From assembly GCA_048884965.1 (NCBI GenBank), contig JBHLQH010000015.1:1-64000 (forward strand): a DNA stretch of 64,000 bases, in the 5' to 3' direction. The position numbers and the translations under genes were made by a program. Positions 27,472 to 37,780 of this stretch are shown piece by piece. Below the pieces are notes generated by a model, which saw nothing but the letters and a program-made list of their open reading frames with translations, did no database searches and was not told where the DNA came from. Source of the stretch: Candidatus Thorarchaeota archaeon (lineage in GTDB: Archaea; Asgardarchaeota; Thorarchaeia; Thorarchaeales; Thorarchaeaceae). Every line of letters starts with the position of its first letter. The first letter of the stretch is position 1.

Positions 27472-28608
27472 CTATAGTCTTGTAAAACTATCAACGGTTT
27501 CTTGGTCTAGACGTTTTATTAGTTCGACTAGAAGTTGGACCGCACTCTCAACATCTCCCAAATCAAGCATTCCGTTATGGGAATGAATGTAACGTGTGGG
27601 GATGCCAAGGAACAATGATGGAGCACCCATTCCTGCAAGGTGAATCTGACCTGCATCAGTACCTCCTGCGGGTAGAAAAGCTGCCTGATGTTTAATCTTC
27701 ATCTCCTCAGCTATCTCTAGAGCGAACTTGCGAAGCTTTGGATTTGGAATCATCGAGCCATCACCTGCAGATATCGCTACGCCGGATCCCATCTTCTGGA
27801 CGAGTCCTTTGGAACCAGGCGAATCGCCAGAGATGTCAACATCCAATGCAAAGCCGATATCAGGTTGAATCATTTGGGCTGAGGTCTTGGCTCCTCTCAG
27901 ACCAACTTCCTCTTGAACAGTAGATACTGCATAAACCGTATTTGGATGCTTGATGTTGCCTTCTGAGAGCCTTCGAAGTGCCTCGAGGACGATAAACACC
28001 CCAATTCGGTCATCGAATGCCTTTGCGACAGCTAGATGAACATCGACTGTTTTCTCCTCAGCATCTTCATCATCTTCATCCTTCTCTTGGCGAGTTCGTT
28101 TCAACGTGCGGAATACGGATCTAGGTACAGCAGGGTCTCCTACTCTAATACCTAGCTCTTCGACTTCCTTCTTGGAAGAGCAACCAATATCGATGTACAT
28201 TTGGTCCTTGGTGACGACCTTTGTACGTTGCTCAGGTGTGAGAACGTGTGGCGGAGGTGCGCCAATTACGCCAATGATCTTCTCCCCACCCTTGAATGGA
28301 CGTACAATCACCTCTTGCGTCAATAGTGTCTGATCCCACCAACCGCCTAGTTGATGGAACTTAAGATAGCCTTCCTTCGTGATCTCAGTGATCACAAACC
28401 CAATTTCATCCATGTGCCCTGCAAGCATGATCTTCGGTCCAGAATTACCTCTCTTGAAGATCACACTTCCAAGTCGGTCAAACAGAACCTCATCAGCAAA
28501 TGCCTTACCATATTCATGAGCAATCTTTTGAGATTCTGTTTCATGTCCACTTGGACCAAAAGAATTGCACATATCTTCCAGAAACTTAAGATTTAGTTTG
28601 TCAGTCAT
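27472..28608 (-). CDS. M42 family aminopeptidase (TET)
   Basis: AGHMDEIG, KAFDDRIG, QEEVGLRGA, GGTDAG, RYIHS. Confidence 0.95.
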   Translation of the reverse strand: MTDKLNLKFLEDMCNSFGPSGHETESQKIAHEYGKAFADEVLFDRLGSVIFKRGNSGPKIMLAGHMDEIGFVITEITKEGYLKFHQLGGWWDQTLLTQEVIVRPFKGGEKIIGVIGAPPPHVLTPEQRTKVVTKDQMYIDIGCSSKKEVEELGIRVGDPAVPRSVFRTLKRTRQEKDEDDEDAEEKTVDVHLAVAKAFDDRIGVFIVLEALRRLSEGNIKHPNTVYAVSTVQEEVGLRGAKTSAQMIQPDIGFALDVDISGDSPGSKGLVQKMGSGVAISAGDGSMIPNPKLRKFALEIAEEMKIKHQAAFLPAGGTDAGQIHLAGMGAPSLFLGIPTRYIHSHNGMLDLGDVESAVQLLVELIKRLDQETVDSFTRL

Positions 28609-28700
28609 ATCTGATTACTTCCAGAATTCATTATCTGATTGGTCTTCATCCAAAAAGAATCCGTTATAGTGTGTTTTGGTTGAAGATGTTTTTCATTGAA

Positions 28701-29234
28701 TTAGACGATGGTCGCTTGAGCGAGAATCTCGAACGCTGTATCAATATTCTCACCAGTAAGGGCACTGGTTTCAAGATAGCCATTTAGATTGTTCTCCTCA
28801 ACAAATTCAAGTGCCATCTCTCGGGTAATCACACGCTCATCCACCAAATCGACCTTATTTGCTAGCAGGACAATTGGAATCCTTGTACCCAAGGCAGATT
28901 CCGTTTCGGCTATCCATTTTGGAAGCTCTTTCCAAGTGTTCTTTCGAGTGACATCAAACACAAGGAGTGCTCCTTTGGAACCTTTGTAATAGCTTGTGCG
29001 GATGAAGTCAAAACGTTCCTGGCCAGCTAGATCCCACACCAGTAATTTGACTCGAACGTCGGTCCCACTATGAGATTTCACAGCTACTGTTTTCACAGCG
29101 AATTGGGAACCAATAGTGACGATATACTGTTCGGAGAATTTCTGGGTCAGAAAGCGGTTGACAATAGCTGTCTTCCCACTACCTCCAGCTCCTATCATGC
29201 ATACCTTTCTCATGTAATCAAATGATTCGCTCAT
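28701..29234 (-). CDS. Rab-like small GTPase
   Basis: GAGGSGKT, TIG, WDLAGQERF, YYKG, NKVD, ETSA; no C-terminal prenylation Cys. Confidence 0.93.
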   Translation of the reverse strand: MSESFDYMRKVCMIGAGGSGKTAIVNRFLTQKFSEQYIVTIGSQFAVKTVAVKSHSGTDVRVKLLVWDLAGQERFDFIRTSYYKGSKGALLVFDVTRKNTWKELPKWIAETESALGTRIPIVLLANKVDLVDERVITREMALEFVEENNLNGYLETSALTGENIDTAFEILAQATIV

Positions 29235-29441
29235 CAGTAGATGTCCTCATAATTGGTAGAGTATTGACTCACATCGCTTGTTTTGACTTCAATTACCCTG
29301 TGAACGGGATTGTCCGCCATATTTAGCCTTTTTCGGAATGGATACCTTATCCATAACGCGCGACTTCGCTAAATGAAAGCTTCTAGTACGAAGGGATTAT
29401 ATCAATTCTGAAGAGTTGATTGGGGTGCCGGGAGGATACCA

Positions 29442-29630
29442 ATGGAACTGATCACAGTAAAAATGAGCGACATCTATGTGAAGGGACTGGATAGACTAGT
29501 AGAATTAGGCATGTATCCATCAAGAAGTGAAGCAATCCGAGTTGCTATCAGAGACCTACTAATGAAAGAACTGTGGCCACGCGAAGGACTTCCTGGAAGA
29601 TTGGAGAATAAGGCTGAAGAAGAAGGATAG
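29442..29630 (+). CDS. Ribbon-helix-helix regulator, CdrS-like
   Basis: LITVKM...LDRLVELGMYPSRSEAIRVAIRDLL; GGAGG RBS. Confidence 0.88.
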   Translation: MELITVKMSDIYVKGLDRLVELGMYPSRSEAIRVAIRDLLMKELWPREGLPGRLENKAEEEG

Positions 29631-29714
29631 AGAGCACCTTTTTTAGCACCCGAAAGAATGATTAGGCAAGATTATTGCAGAACTATTGACACGCTACATG
29701 GAGGAAATTCGGGA

Positions 29715-30224
29715 TTGAATCTTAGAATTCTGTTTAAAAGTTTCAAATTTGCATTTCGTGCCCGTAAACGAGTCTTATCGTTCATCGTCGTTTATGCGAT
29801 GCTGTACATATTTGTTGCAAAAGGAGAACCCCTCTTAGGGGTGCCATCATATATCATGGCATTTGTTGTCGCCACCGTATATGCAATTCTGATTGCACAG
29901 TTTAGACGTCGGGACATCGCGATTTTGAAATGTGTTTCTTGGAGTAATTCGGAAATCATGTTGCTTCTGGTAGGGGAAGTCATCCTCGTTTCTGTGACCG
30001 CATTCTTAGTCGTGTTCCAATTGAGTGTTGAGATATTGGGTCTGATGGAGTATGTCGTTGGCATTGGCCCAGCATTGCAACCAATCAGGGATGCTATAGT
30101 GATTGGACTTGAACCAATGGCTGCTACATTGTTCACGATAATTGTGCTTCAGATTCCAGGTCTTATTCTAGCTCAACTAAGAGCAATGAGCATTCCGCCA
30201 ATGAAGGCGCTAAGGGAGGAATGA
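29715..30224 (+). CDS. Minimal FtsX/MacB-type ABC permease
   Basis: RRRDIAILKC, PMKALRE; TTG 29715 after GGAGG (track start 29658). Confidence 0.8.
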   Translation: MNLRILFKSFKFAFRARKRVLSFIVVYAMLYIFVAKGEPLLGVPSYIMAFVVATVYAILIAQFRRRDIAILKCVSWSNSEIMLLLVGEVILVSVTAFLVVFQLSVEILGLMEYVVGIGPALQPIRDAIVIGLEPMAATLFTIIVLQIPGLILAQLRAMSIPPMKALREE

Positions 30225-30228
30225 TACC

Positions 30229-30915
30229 ATGACTAATCCTATTATTCGAGTTGAAGGTGTTGACAAGGAATATGGTAGAGGAAGGAACACAGTTGCGGCA
30301 CTCAAGAACATCAACCTTGAGGTACAAGCTGGTGAGTTCATCGCGGTTGTTGGACCTAGTGGTTGTGGCAAGTCAACTTTGCTGCATGTCATGGCAGGTC
30401 TGGAACAGCCATCTGATGGGAGAATACTATTAGACGGTGTTGATGTCACGCTAATCAGTGAAAGAGACCTCCCAAAGGTTAGAGCTCAGAAGATTGGTTT
30501 CGTCTTCCAGTCATTCCTCTTAATTGATGACCTTACCTCATATGAGAACATCGAAGCTGTTCTTTGGACTATTCAGGAGTACACCAAGGAGAAACAAGAG
30601 TCGATGACACTTGATGTGCTTCGTGAGGTGGACATGCTTGAGCGGCGGGATCATCGTCCTATGCAATTGAGTGGTGGCGAGCAACAACGAGTAGCAATAG
30701 CAAGAGCACTTGTGAACAACCCACCAATTCTCTTCTGTGATGAGCCAACAGGTAATCTCGATACGAATACTGGGGAAACCATCATGAAGCTCATATCACG
30801 TCTAAATCGTGATAGAAAGATGACAGTCGTCTTGGTTACCCACAACGAAGAATTGACCAAGTACGCTAAGCGAACGATTCGCATGCGTGATGGTGCAATC
30901 ACATCAATCAAGTAA
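30229..30915 (+). CDS. ABC ATPase, LolD/FtsE/MacB type
   Basis: GPSGCGKST, LSGGEQQRVAIARAL, DEPTGNLD, VTH. Confidence 0.95.
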   Translation: MTNPIIRVEGVDKEYGRGRNTVAALKNINLEVQAGEFIAVVGPSGCGKSTLLHVMAGLEQPSDGRILLDGVDVTLISERDLPKVRAQKIGFVFQSFLLIDDLTSYENIEAVLWTIQEYTKEKQESMTLDVLREVDMLERRDHRPMQLSGGEQQRVAIARALVNNPPILFCDEPTGNLDTNTGETIMKLISRLNRDRKMTVVLVTHNEELTKYAKRTIRMRDGAITSIK

Positions 30916-30917
30916 GT

Positions 30918-30949
30918 GCCGCCTTCTGGCGGCCCCACTTTTTGTTTTT
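30918..30949 (+). terminator. Hairpin plus T-tract terminator
   Basis: gccgcc-ttct-ggcggc followed by tttttgttttt just after the ATPase stop. Confidence 0.65.
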
Positions 30950-31007
30950 AGCCAAAGCTTTAGATGCCAATCAATGTACGTTTGAGCAATCTGGAGAGCA
31001 TCGTGAG

Positions 31008-31838
31008 ATGGAAAAGGCTGATTGTAGTCGTTTGTTACACAAGGCTGAAAATGAAGCCAAGGAAGGTAACAATGAAACATCTGCCGAGCTATTCTTCTCA
31101 GCAGCTCAGTGTTGGGCGAGATGGGAATTCTTCACTAAAGCAGCACAGGCATATGAGAGAGCGTATGAGCATGCAATGCTTGCACACAGATACTCCGATG
31201 CTGCAGATTCAATGAAACTGGCAGGTCATTGCTGGATACGACAGAGTGAACATGAAAAGTTCGAGATTGACTATCAAATCGCTGCTGAAGCCTATATCTA
31301 TGCTGCTGAGGAGGAGAGAGATCCAACACGATTTGTCGATGGAGCATTCTGTGCCATAGTAGGAGGAGACCTTGAGCTAGCCCGTCAATTGATTCATGCT
31401 GCCGCAGAAACAACAAAAGGCAAAGTAAAGGAACTCATCAATTTGTGTCTGATGATGAATGAATATCACTTTGGCGATGCTGAGATGTATATCGAAGCAG
31501 CGCTAACTCGAGTCCTCGATAAGGAAGGGGTCACTAGGATTAGAGAGATTTTCTATCTTGCCTTTGCGGGCTTTGCAAGGTCGCTACTTGAGTCAGAGGT
31601 GGCAGTGTCTATCAAAAGTATCGCCGAGAGTACGGGACTCACAGTTCAGAAAACGAGAAGGATATTGGAACGTGGTATTGAGCAGGGGCATATACCTGCA
31701 TATCTTGACCCCGAGTCTGAAGAGATAGTAGTGGACAGCGATAGACTCGATACTGAGGATTTACAGAGGAGAAAACGACCTATTCTCAGCAGGGATATAA
31801 GAGATCCTGGTGCATGGGATATAGACTTGGATGATTGA
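31008..31838 (+). CDS. Alpha-helical repeat (SNAP/TPR-like) protein with C-terminal PCI-like winged helix
   Basis: AA.LF..AA..W / AA.AY repeats; SIKSIAESTGL...I..G.IPAYLD....IVV; ATG 31008 (track start 30942 lies in the terminator). Confidence 0.65.
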   Translation: MEKADCSRLLHKAENEAKEGNNETSAELFFSAAQCWARWEFFTKAAQAYERAYEHAMLAHRYSDAADSMKLAGHCWIRQSEHEKFEIDYQIAAEAYIYAAEEERDPTRFVDGAFCAIVGGDLELARQLIHAAAETTKGKVKELINLCLMMNEYHFGDAEMYIEAALTRVLDKEGVTRIREIFYLAFAGFARSLLESEVAVSIKSIAESTGLTVQKTRRILERGIEQGHIPAYLDPESEEIVVDSDRLDTEDLQRRKRPILSRDIRDPGAWDIDLDD

Positions 31839-32013
31839 CCTCGAATACTTGAGGAACACTCAAAGGAGTCCACGCATGCAACATTAAAATTGGGATAAAA
31901 CACCTAATCTGATAACCTCAGTTATGGTTTAAGCGAAGAGGCAGTAGAAAGCATTTTTAGTACGATTGCTTTCACTGACTACTTGCCTTAACCTAAAAGG
32001 TACGGTGTGACTG

Positions 32014-32229
32014 ATGAACGAAGGGCTGAAATGGCTGCAATGTCCTGTCTGTAAGGAAACGATTTCATGGCAGGTTCCAGCAGACGCTTTAAAGGATGTG
32101 AAGCGATTTCCAGCAGGGATTGTGATAAAGCATAGGGACCACTACGTCATTTGCTACATTGATAGTCATTATCAGCTAGCCGATACTGAAGCTGCAACTG
32201 CTTGTGTTGAAGGCACCTCAAAACAGTGA
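32014..32229 (+). CDS. Small putative Zn-binding protein
   Basis: CPVC...FP...HRDH...YID. Confidence 0.7.
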   Translation: MNEGLKWLQCPVCKETISWQVPADALKDVKRFPAGIVIKHRDHYVICYIDSHYQLADTEAATACVEGTSKQ

Positions 32230-32237
32230 GTTGACAT

Positions 32238-32789
32238 CTACTCTTTCTTGAATTCGAGATTATTATCAAGGGCCCATTCTAGCACTTGAGCAGCTTGTGT
32301 ACTTGATATGCCCCAGACCTGTAATTTGTTGATCAATTCGCGAATTCCCAAAACCCAATCCCGCAACAAGTCTCTGATTCGAAAGACAACATTTGTATCT
32401 TCAGATTCTCGAAGAATCGGAAGGAGCTTTGTCACAAGACTCTGTGAAAGAACAAGGATAGTTTCAAGTCTTGCTATCCATTCTTCTCGGGGAAGCCCTG
32501 TAAGTGTTTGAGCGACAGATAGATGATAGTCATATTGAGTGGCGAAGTACCGCAATCGCCAGCTCAAGAACTCTATTATTAAGGTTCTATGGGCATCGCT
32601 TGGAGCGGTCTTCATGAGAAGTAATAGAAAACGCTCTGTCATTTCATCCGCGGATACACTGGCATCGTAGAATTGAGCCATTGCTTGTTGATACTTCTCA
32701 TTCAGCAAACTCTCTTCTGCTTCTCGTGCTGCGTTTTTGAATCTCTGAATAATGGCTCTTGTGGAGTTGAGATCGTGGTTATTCTTCAT
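32238..32789 (-). CDS. Hypothetical helical protein
   Basis: 183-aa ORF, GGAGG upstream. Confidence 0.7.
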   Translation of the reverse strand: MKNNHDLNSTRAIIQRFKNAAREAEESLLNEKYQQAMAQFYDASVSADEMTERFLLLLMKTAPSDAHRTLIIEFLSWRLRYFATQYDYHLSVAQTLTGLPREEWIARLETILVLSQSLVTKLLPILRESEDTNVVFRIRDLLRDWVLGIRELINKLQVWGISSTQAAQVLEWALDNNLEFKKE

Positions 32790-32818
32790 GTCGCCATTAT
32801 TCCTCCACCAACTATTCT

Positions 32819-33229
32819 CTATTCATTCTTCGTCAGGTAGATGAGCTCTACAGCTAGGACCACATCCATTGCGCGGAGCCACTCAACGAACTCTTCAATA
32901 TTGTCCTTCTTCGAGATATTGAAATACCCTTCCCATATGCAAGAGTCCTCCATTGGGCAAAATCCTGTGGAGTGTAATAGCTTGATTTCTGATTTTCGGA
33001 TTTTCTCATAGACCAATCGTGATGCCTGTGTAAAGGCATTCAAATCCAATGAAACTCGAACTTGGGTAGTGAACTCACTTTCGAGGGGAATGACACGAAG
33101 AAATCCACTCCGTGATCTGATAATGAGCACATCTGATCCATTTGAGATTCCAGCAGATTTCATATGTGGCTCAATCAAGATTCGTCCATCTTTTACTTCT
33201 GATATCGATCCATCTGTAAGTTCCTTCAT
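32819..33229 (-). CDS. Hypothetical protein (AbrB-like N-terminus, ACT-like C-terminus)
   Basis: DGRILI....GI..GS.V resembles AbrB; overlaps upstream stop by 4 nt. Confidence 0.6.
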   Translation of the reverse strand: MKELTDGSISEVKDGRILIEPHMKSAGISNGSDVLIIRSRSGFLRVIPLESEFTTQVRVSLDLNAFTQASRLVYEKIRKSEIKLLHSTGFCPMEDSCIWEGYFNISKKDNIEEFVEWLRAMDVVLAVELIYLTKNE

Positions 33230-33615
33230 TTCTTCCAGCCTGTAAGTTCTAGTAAGATATCGTTACCAAGTTCTGTTATGAAATAGATACCATTTTCTAT
33301 CTTTATCAAACCGAGTGTTTCCAATAGTGGCACCTTAACATCCAAACATGACTTCGTTACAGTGCTCAATCGGATTATTTCTTCATCATTCATACATCCT
33401 TGGGCAATTAGTCCAAGTGTTTCAATCCCTAATTCACCCAAGAGGTACTTGATAGTGGTTGGGTCTAGGTCGATCTTCATTGCAGTGGTTTCCATTTCAT
33501 GTCTGTCTAGAGAATATAGACGGAAAAAGAAAGCTATGATGTCCTCCAAGAGGAATCCTATCCCAAGCAGGGCGGAGGGTGTTTGAACTTGTATTCGTCT
33601 GTCGAGCAAAGCCAT
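33226..33615 (-). CDS. Winged-helix protein (start uncertain)
   Basis: LETLGLIK.ENG.Y.ITELG. Confidence 0.65.
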   Translation of the reverse strand: MALLDRRIQVQTPSALLGIGFLLEDIIAFFFRLYSLDRHEMETTAMKIDLDPTTIKYLLGELGIETLGLIAQGCMNDEEIIRLSTVTKSCLDVKVPLLETLGLIKIENGIYFITELGNDILLELTGWKK

Positions 33616-34535
33616 TCCATGAATCTGGCGGAAGGAGGATATTCCTCATAGAGGCGACTCCTATGAGCTTCTAACAATACAGGTTCTATTCCAGAGAAAC
33701 CTGCCATAGATGTCACTTGGTTGCCAGATGCTTCAGATATCGATATGACAGGACTAATCCAAGATTCCCATTCAGTCGTTCTTAGTAGATGATGGTCAAC
33801 CACAAGATATCTTATGGACTTGGCAAGCTGCGTAAGTGAGTCATGCGATTGCTTATTCTCTGAAGGTGAATAGCTCTTTAGGTAGATTGGTGGTCCGCCA
33901 AGAATAGCAGTATCAGCATTTCTGGATGCCAGATATTCAAATGATGATTTACTGCTTGGACCTTGAACATCGGGTGCAAAAACCACTGTAACATCTTCAT
34001 AATAGACAGTTGTCGCAAGAACATAGCCTAAGGGACTATTGTCAGGACCATGGGGTAATGGATGAGAGAATTCGAGTCTGGTGTTGCCGATTTGAAAGGT
34101 CTTCCCATCTGCGACCTCAATGGATGCGACATTGCGCAAATCCCGCTCGAAATAGTATGATCGTCGTCTTTGTGAGGGATTGATGTTCATACGTCCATCT
34201 TTCGCAAGTATTCTCTTTCCAGCATAGGTTCGAACACGATCCTGAGGTGTACTCAGATTATACCTTTGATTAGTTGCCCCAGGTCGTACATGATCAAAGT
34301 GATAATGTGAGATTGTCAGAATGTCGCAATCTTTGGCTGCTTCTTCTATCCTGATGAGCGCCTCTTGAAGAGCAAGATACTCTTTTGGGTGTGGCTCATG
34401 TGGAGGACGGAAAGCAAGAGCTGCTGATGGATCTAAAAGAATCGAAAGATCAGGTGTTTTGATTTTGGTGCATAGAGATCTAACACCCAAACTTTCAGCA
34501 GCTAGTGGAATGACATCGATATCTCCGATTTTCAA
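33558..34535 (-). CDS. UPF0282 MBL-fold hydrolase
   Basis: AESLGVRS, ISHYHFDH, INPSQ, HG...LG, DVQGP, GGPP.Y, DHHLLR. Confidence 0.88.
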   Translation of the reverse strand: MKIGDIDVIPLAAESLGVRSLCTKIKTPDLSILLDPSAALAFRPPHEPHPKEYLALQEALIRIEEAAKDCDILTISHYHFDHVRPGATNQRYNLSTPQDRVRTYAGKRILAKDGRMNINPSQRRRSYYFERDLRNVASIEVADGKTFQIGNTRLEFSHPLPHGPDNSPLGYVLATTVYYEDVTVVFAPDVQGPSSKSSFEYLASRNADTAILGGPPIYLKSYSPSENKQSHDSLTQLAKSIRYLVVDHHLLRTTEWESWISPVISISEASGNQVTSMAGFSGIEPVLLEAHRSRLYEEYPPSARFMEWLCSTDEYKFKHPPPCLG

Positions 34536-35029
34536 ACGTAGCCCTCACGATAGTAACTTAGACGGTAATCCTTTCCATCCTGTATAAGCTCAGCCTCATG
34601 ATATTCAACATGCTCGGTTGATTTTTCATGAAAACGTGTGAACATCTGAAAATCAGATGGAACGACTTTGGCTTGCATTCCAAGAATTTCTTCAAGCTCG
34701 AACAGGGCTAGTTGGCCCTCCCGATGGTCCTCGCAAAACGAGTCGATTTTGGCATCTCCAACGAAGATTAGGAAATGGGATTTCAATTCACCGTCTATTG
34801 AAACCAGACGTTCTGAAACAATCCCCTTTAGAGCATAGCTGTTCGGTAGAGATGAACCGGTTTCTTCCATGACCTCACGTATTGCAGCAGAAGGTATATG
34901 CTCCCCCACATTCACCTTCCCACCTACTAAGCCCCATAGATTCTCGTAGGGAGGATTTCGCCTTTTCAAGAGGAGGAACTTGCCATTCAATCGTAGAATG
35001 GTTATTGCGATCGGGACTGTCTTCGTCAA
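34532..35029 (-). CDS. NUDIX hydrolase
   Basis: GGKVNVGE....AAIREVMEETG. Confidence 0.92.
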   Translation of the reverse strand: MTKTVPIAITILRLNGKFLLLKRRNPPYENLWGLVGGKVNVGEHIPSAAIREVMEETGSSLPNSYALKGIVSERLVSIDGELKSHFLIFVGDAKIDSFCEDHREGQLALFELEEILGMQAKVVPSDFQMFTRFHEKSTEHVEYHEAELIQDGKDYRLSYYREGYV

Positions 35030-35149
35030 TTCGCCTCACTACTCCTTGAATTGATAGCCATACGTATGCCCCTCTCTATAAACATACGGAACACACGAAC
35101 AAGCTAAGATTCTTAGCATCGATAGTGATTAGTTTCCCTGTGGATAAAA

Positions 35150-36595
35150 TTGAAGGACTTGTTGACGCAATCATTGCGAGAGGATATCCTTGAAAGGATA
35201 ACACCAACACAAGAAGAGGTTGACCGTCAACATAAGATAATTTCTGACCTTACAGATGCAATCTCTTCACTCGCATTGAAAAAGGGATTTAGCTACTCCT
35301 TCATTCAACCTCAAGGTTCAACAGGGCAAAAGCAAACACAGCTAAGAGGAACAAGTGATATCGATCTATTTGTGGGGTTGAACCCTGAAGACTATATCGA
35401 CATACTTGACCTTCCTACGAAGTTGAGAAATGAAGAGCTGGATAGGATATTCGACAACTTTGTAGATAGCTGGTTCACTCCGGCCTTAGATGGCCTGAAA
35501 GCTGCATCATTGCAGAAGACATATTCACAGCACCCATATCTATCAGCAGATTATTTGGGGAACGATGTTGATATCCTTCTATGTTTCGATCTGACTGCAG
35601 AATGGATAGCAAAAGAAGGTCCGATAACAGCAGTGGATAGGACCGTTCACCATTCGGAATATGTCGCATCACGATTGACCTCAGAATTGCGTGATGATAT
35701 TAGAATCTTGAAGTCCTTCATCCGGTCCTGTCATGCATATGGTGACACATGTGCTGTAGGACGTATGGGATTCACGGGTGTGGCACTTGAACTGCTTGCT
35801 ATTTGGGAAGGTGGGTTTCAAAATGCGGTCAAGGCGTTGATCGATCTCAAGAGCAAATCCTTAGACCCACTCAAAAGGACCTTTGATGAACTAGTAAAAA
35901 TCCCATCTTTTAAGGACGACCATATCTTCATTATAGATCCAACAGATACAAATCGGAACATAGCATCTAGCTTCTCAAAGAGAGCGTATAGATGGATTAC
36001 GAGTAGAGCGAAGGATTTACTTCAAGATGATATCTCTAATGATAGGATTCTAGACCTCATAATAGAAAGCCCAATCTCTATAGTTAGACCTCCTGAATTG
36101 ATCGAGAAACATCTTTTCATCCATGAGGTTCAATCTAAGAAGGAATCGCACTATACTGTTGTGCGAGACAAATTGTACAGATTTGCCAGTAGGATTTGTA
36201 GGGAGGTTTCTCTAGAACGAACAGGCGAACCTAGATTTGGAAAGGTCACCTTTGAGATAATATTCGATGCCTCGAGATTCGCATTGGGATTTGTTGTAGA
36301 AGAACCAGAAATCTCGAAAACATTTACTCGTCGTGGACCGCCTTCTAACATCCCTGCAGCCTCTAATTTTCAAGCTACCCATCCAGACGCCTATTTGCGA
36401 GATGATTATCTCTGGGTAGATCGAAAACGAAAATGGACTAGTGCTGGTAGAATGATAGAACATTTGCTTTCCGCCAATCTTCCGAAAAATCTTGAGTTGC
36501 TTCAGGATAGGTCAGATATAGGAAGGCGTCTGGCGACCATACTGCATGAAATCATCATCCCCCTTGAGAGTTTTCCAATCAAGGCAAGAGTTTAA
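35150..36595 (+). CDS. cca: CCA-adding enzyme, class I
   Basis: GS...T.L.G.SDIDLF, HPY, TAVDRT..H, IIDPTD..RN.A, GPP. Confidence 0.9.
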   Translation: MKDLLTQSLREDILERITPTQEEVDRQHKIISDLTDAISSLALKKGFSYSFIQPQGSTGQKQTQLRGTSDIDLFVGLNPEDYIDILDLPTKLRNEELDRIFDNFVDSWFTPALDGLKAASLQKTYSQHPYLSADYLGNDVDILLCFDLTAEWIAKEGPITAVDRTVHHSEYVASRLTSELRDDIRILKSFIRSCHAYGDTCAVGRMGFTGVALELLAIWEGGFQNAVKALIDLKSKSLDPLKRTFDELVKIPSFKDDHIFIIDPTDTNRNIASSFSKRAYRWITSRAKDLLQDDISNDRILDLIIESPISIVRPPELIEKHLFIHEVQSKKESHYTVVRDKLYRFASRICREVSLERTGEPRFGKVTFEIIFDASRFALGFVVEEPEISKTFTRRGPPSNIPAASNFQATHPDAYLRDDYLWVDRKRKWTSAGRMIEHLLSANLPKNLELLQDRSDIGRRLATILHEIIIPLESFPIKARV

Positions 36596-36616
36596 TCCTC
36601 TGCACTGCAAGGAAAC

Positions 36617-37702
36617 GTGGGAATATGCATGACAATAACGAAGGCCACTCTGATAACGCATCCAAAGTCGCATCAACATGTAGCTCCATTTCCGAGGCCA
36701 AATCTTGAAGCTTTTGAGGCACCGCTCAGACTCCAGATGGCTGATAGATATCTATCTATGCATGCTCAAACAAAGAACATGGAGAGAATCAAGGCCCCAC
36801 GAGCTTCTCAAGAGGACATCATGCGAGTTCACACGCCCTATCTTTATGAATCGGTCAGACTAATGGCGAATCTGGGAGGGGGAAATCTGGGAGAATCTGC
36901 ACAAGCAAGTCCAGATCTGTTTAGGAATGCTTTGGTATCTGCAGGAGGTGCAATTCATGCTGCAGAATACAGTTTGGAACATCAGGACACACATCCATTC
37001 TCACTCATGAGGCCACCGGGACATCACGCCACACGTTCCAATCCAGGTGGCTTATGCTTCTTCAATAATATCGCCATTGCTACTGCAAAGGTTAAGGAAG
37101 AGAGAGCAATTGAGAGAATAAGTATTGTAGACTTTGATGATCACTACGGAAATGGGACTGCAGAAATCTTCTATGCGGATCCCTCTGTGCAATACATTAG
37201 TATCCATGAATATGACTATGAGAATTATGGGACAGGGCATTATGAAGAGCTAGGATTTGGGGATGCTCTTGGAACGAATATCAATATTCCACTTCTAGAT
37301 GGCGCATCAGATACGGTATACAAGGCAGCATTTGAAAATATCATAATTCCCGCATTGAAGAAGTACAAGCCAGAGATGATTGCGGTATCTGCAGGATTTG
37401 ATCCCCATTATGCAGACCCCGTAGGAAACATGAATATCGATAGCTCCACATTTTGGGATATTGGTAAGAAGATACGTGTGATTGCCAAGGAACTCGATGT
37501 AAAAGGATCATTCACCATATTAGAAGGAGGATACAATCCACTGGCAACAGGACCATCAATTGTTGCATATCTCCTAGGATTGTTGGGAGAAGAGCAACCT
37601 ATCCTAGAGGACCAAGTCGCTCGCGAAGCAATCGAACCACTAGATAAAGCGAATCTGGACATTATCGATCAGGTTGTTTCTATCATTAGTAGATTCTGGT
37701 GA
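36617..37702 (+). CDS. Histone deacetylase family protein
   Basis: RPPGHHA, G.CFFNN, DFDDHYGNGT, SAGFD.H..DP, LEGGY. Confidence 0.93.
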   Translation: MGICMTITKATLITHPKSHQHVAPFPRPNLEAFEAPLRLQMADRYLSMHAQTKNMERIKAPRASQEDIMRVHTPYLYESVRLMANLGGGNLGESAQASPDLFRNALVSAGGAIHAAEYSLEHQDTHPFSLMRPPGHHATRSNPGGLCFFNNIAIATAKVKEERAIERISIVDFDDHYGNGTAEIFYADPSVQYISIHEYDYENYGTGHYEELGFGDALGTNINIPLLDGASDTVYKAAFENIIIPALKKYKPEMIAVSAGFDPHYADPVGNMNIDSSTFWDIGKKIRVIAKELDVKGSFTILEGGYNPLATGPSIVAYLLGLLGEEQPILEDQVAREAIEPLDKANLDIIDQVVSIISRFW

Positions 37703-37780
37703 TTTTTTCCAGTGATATGAACAAGATTTTAAGTGCACCTTTGAAGGCTACCTTGAATCACAACCTGTGGAAGTGTATAG

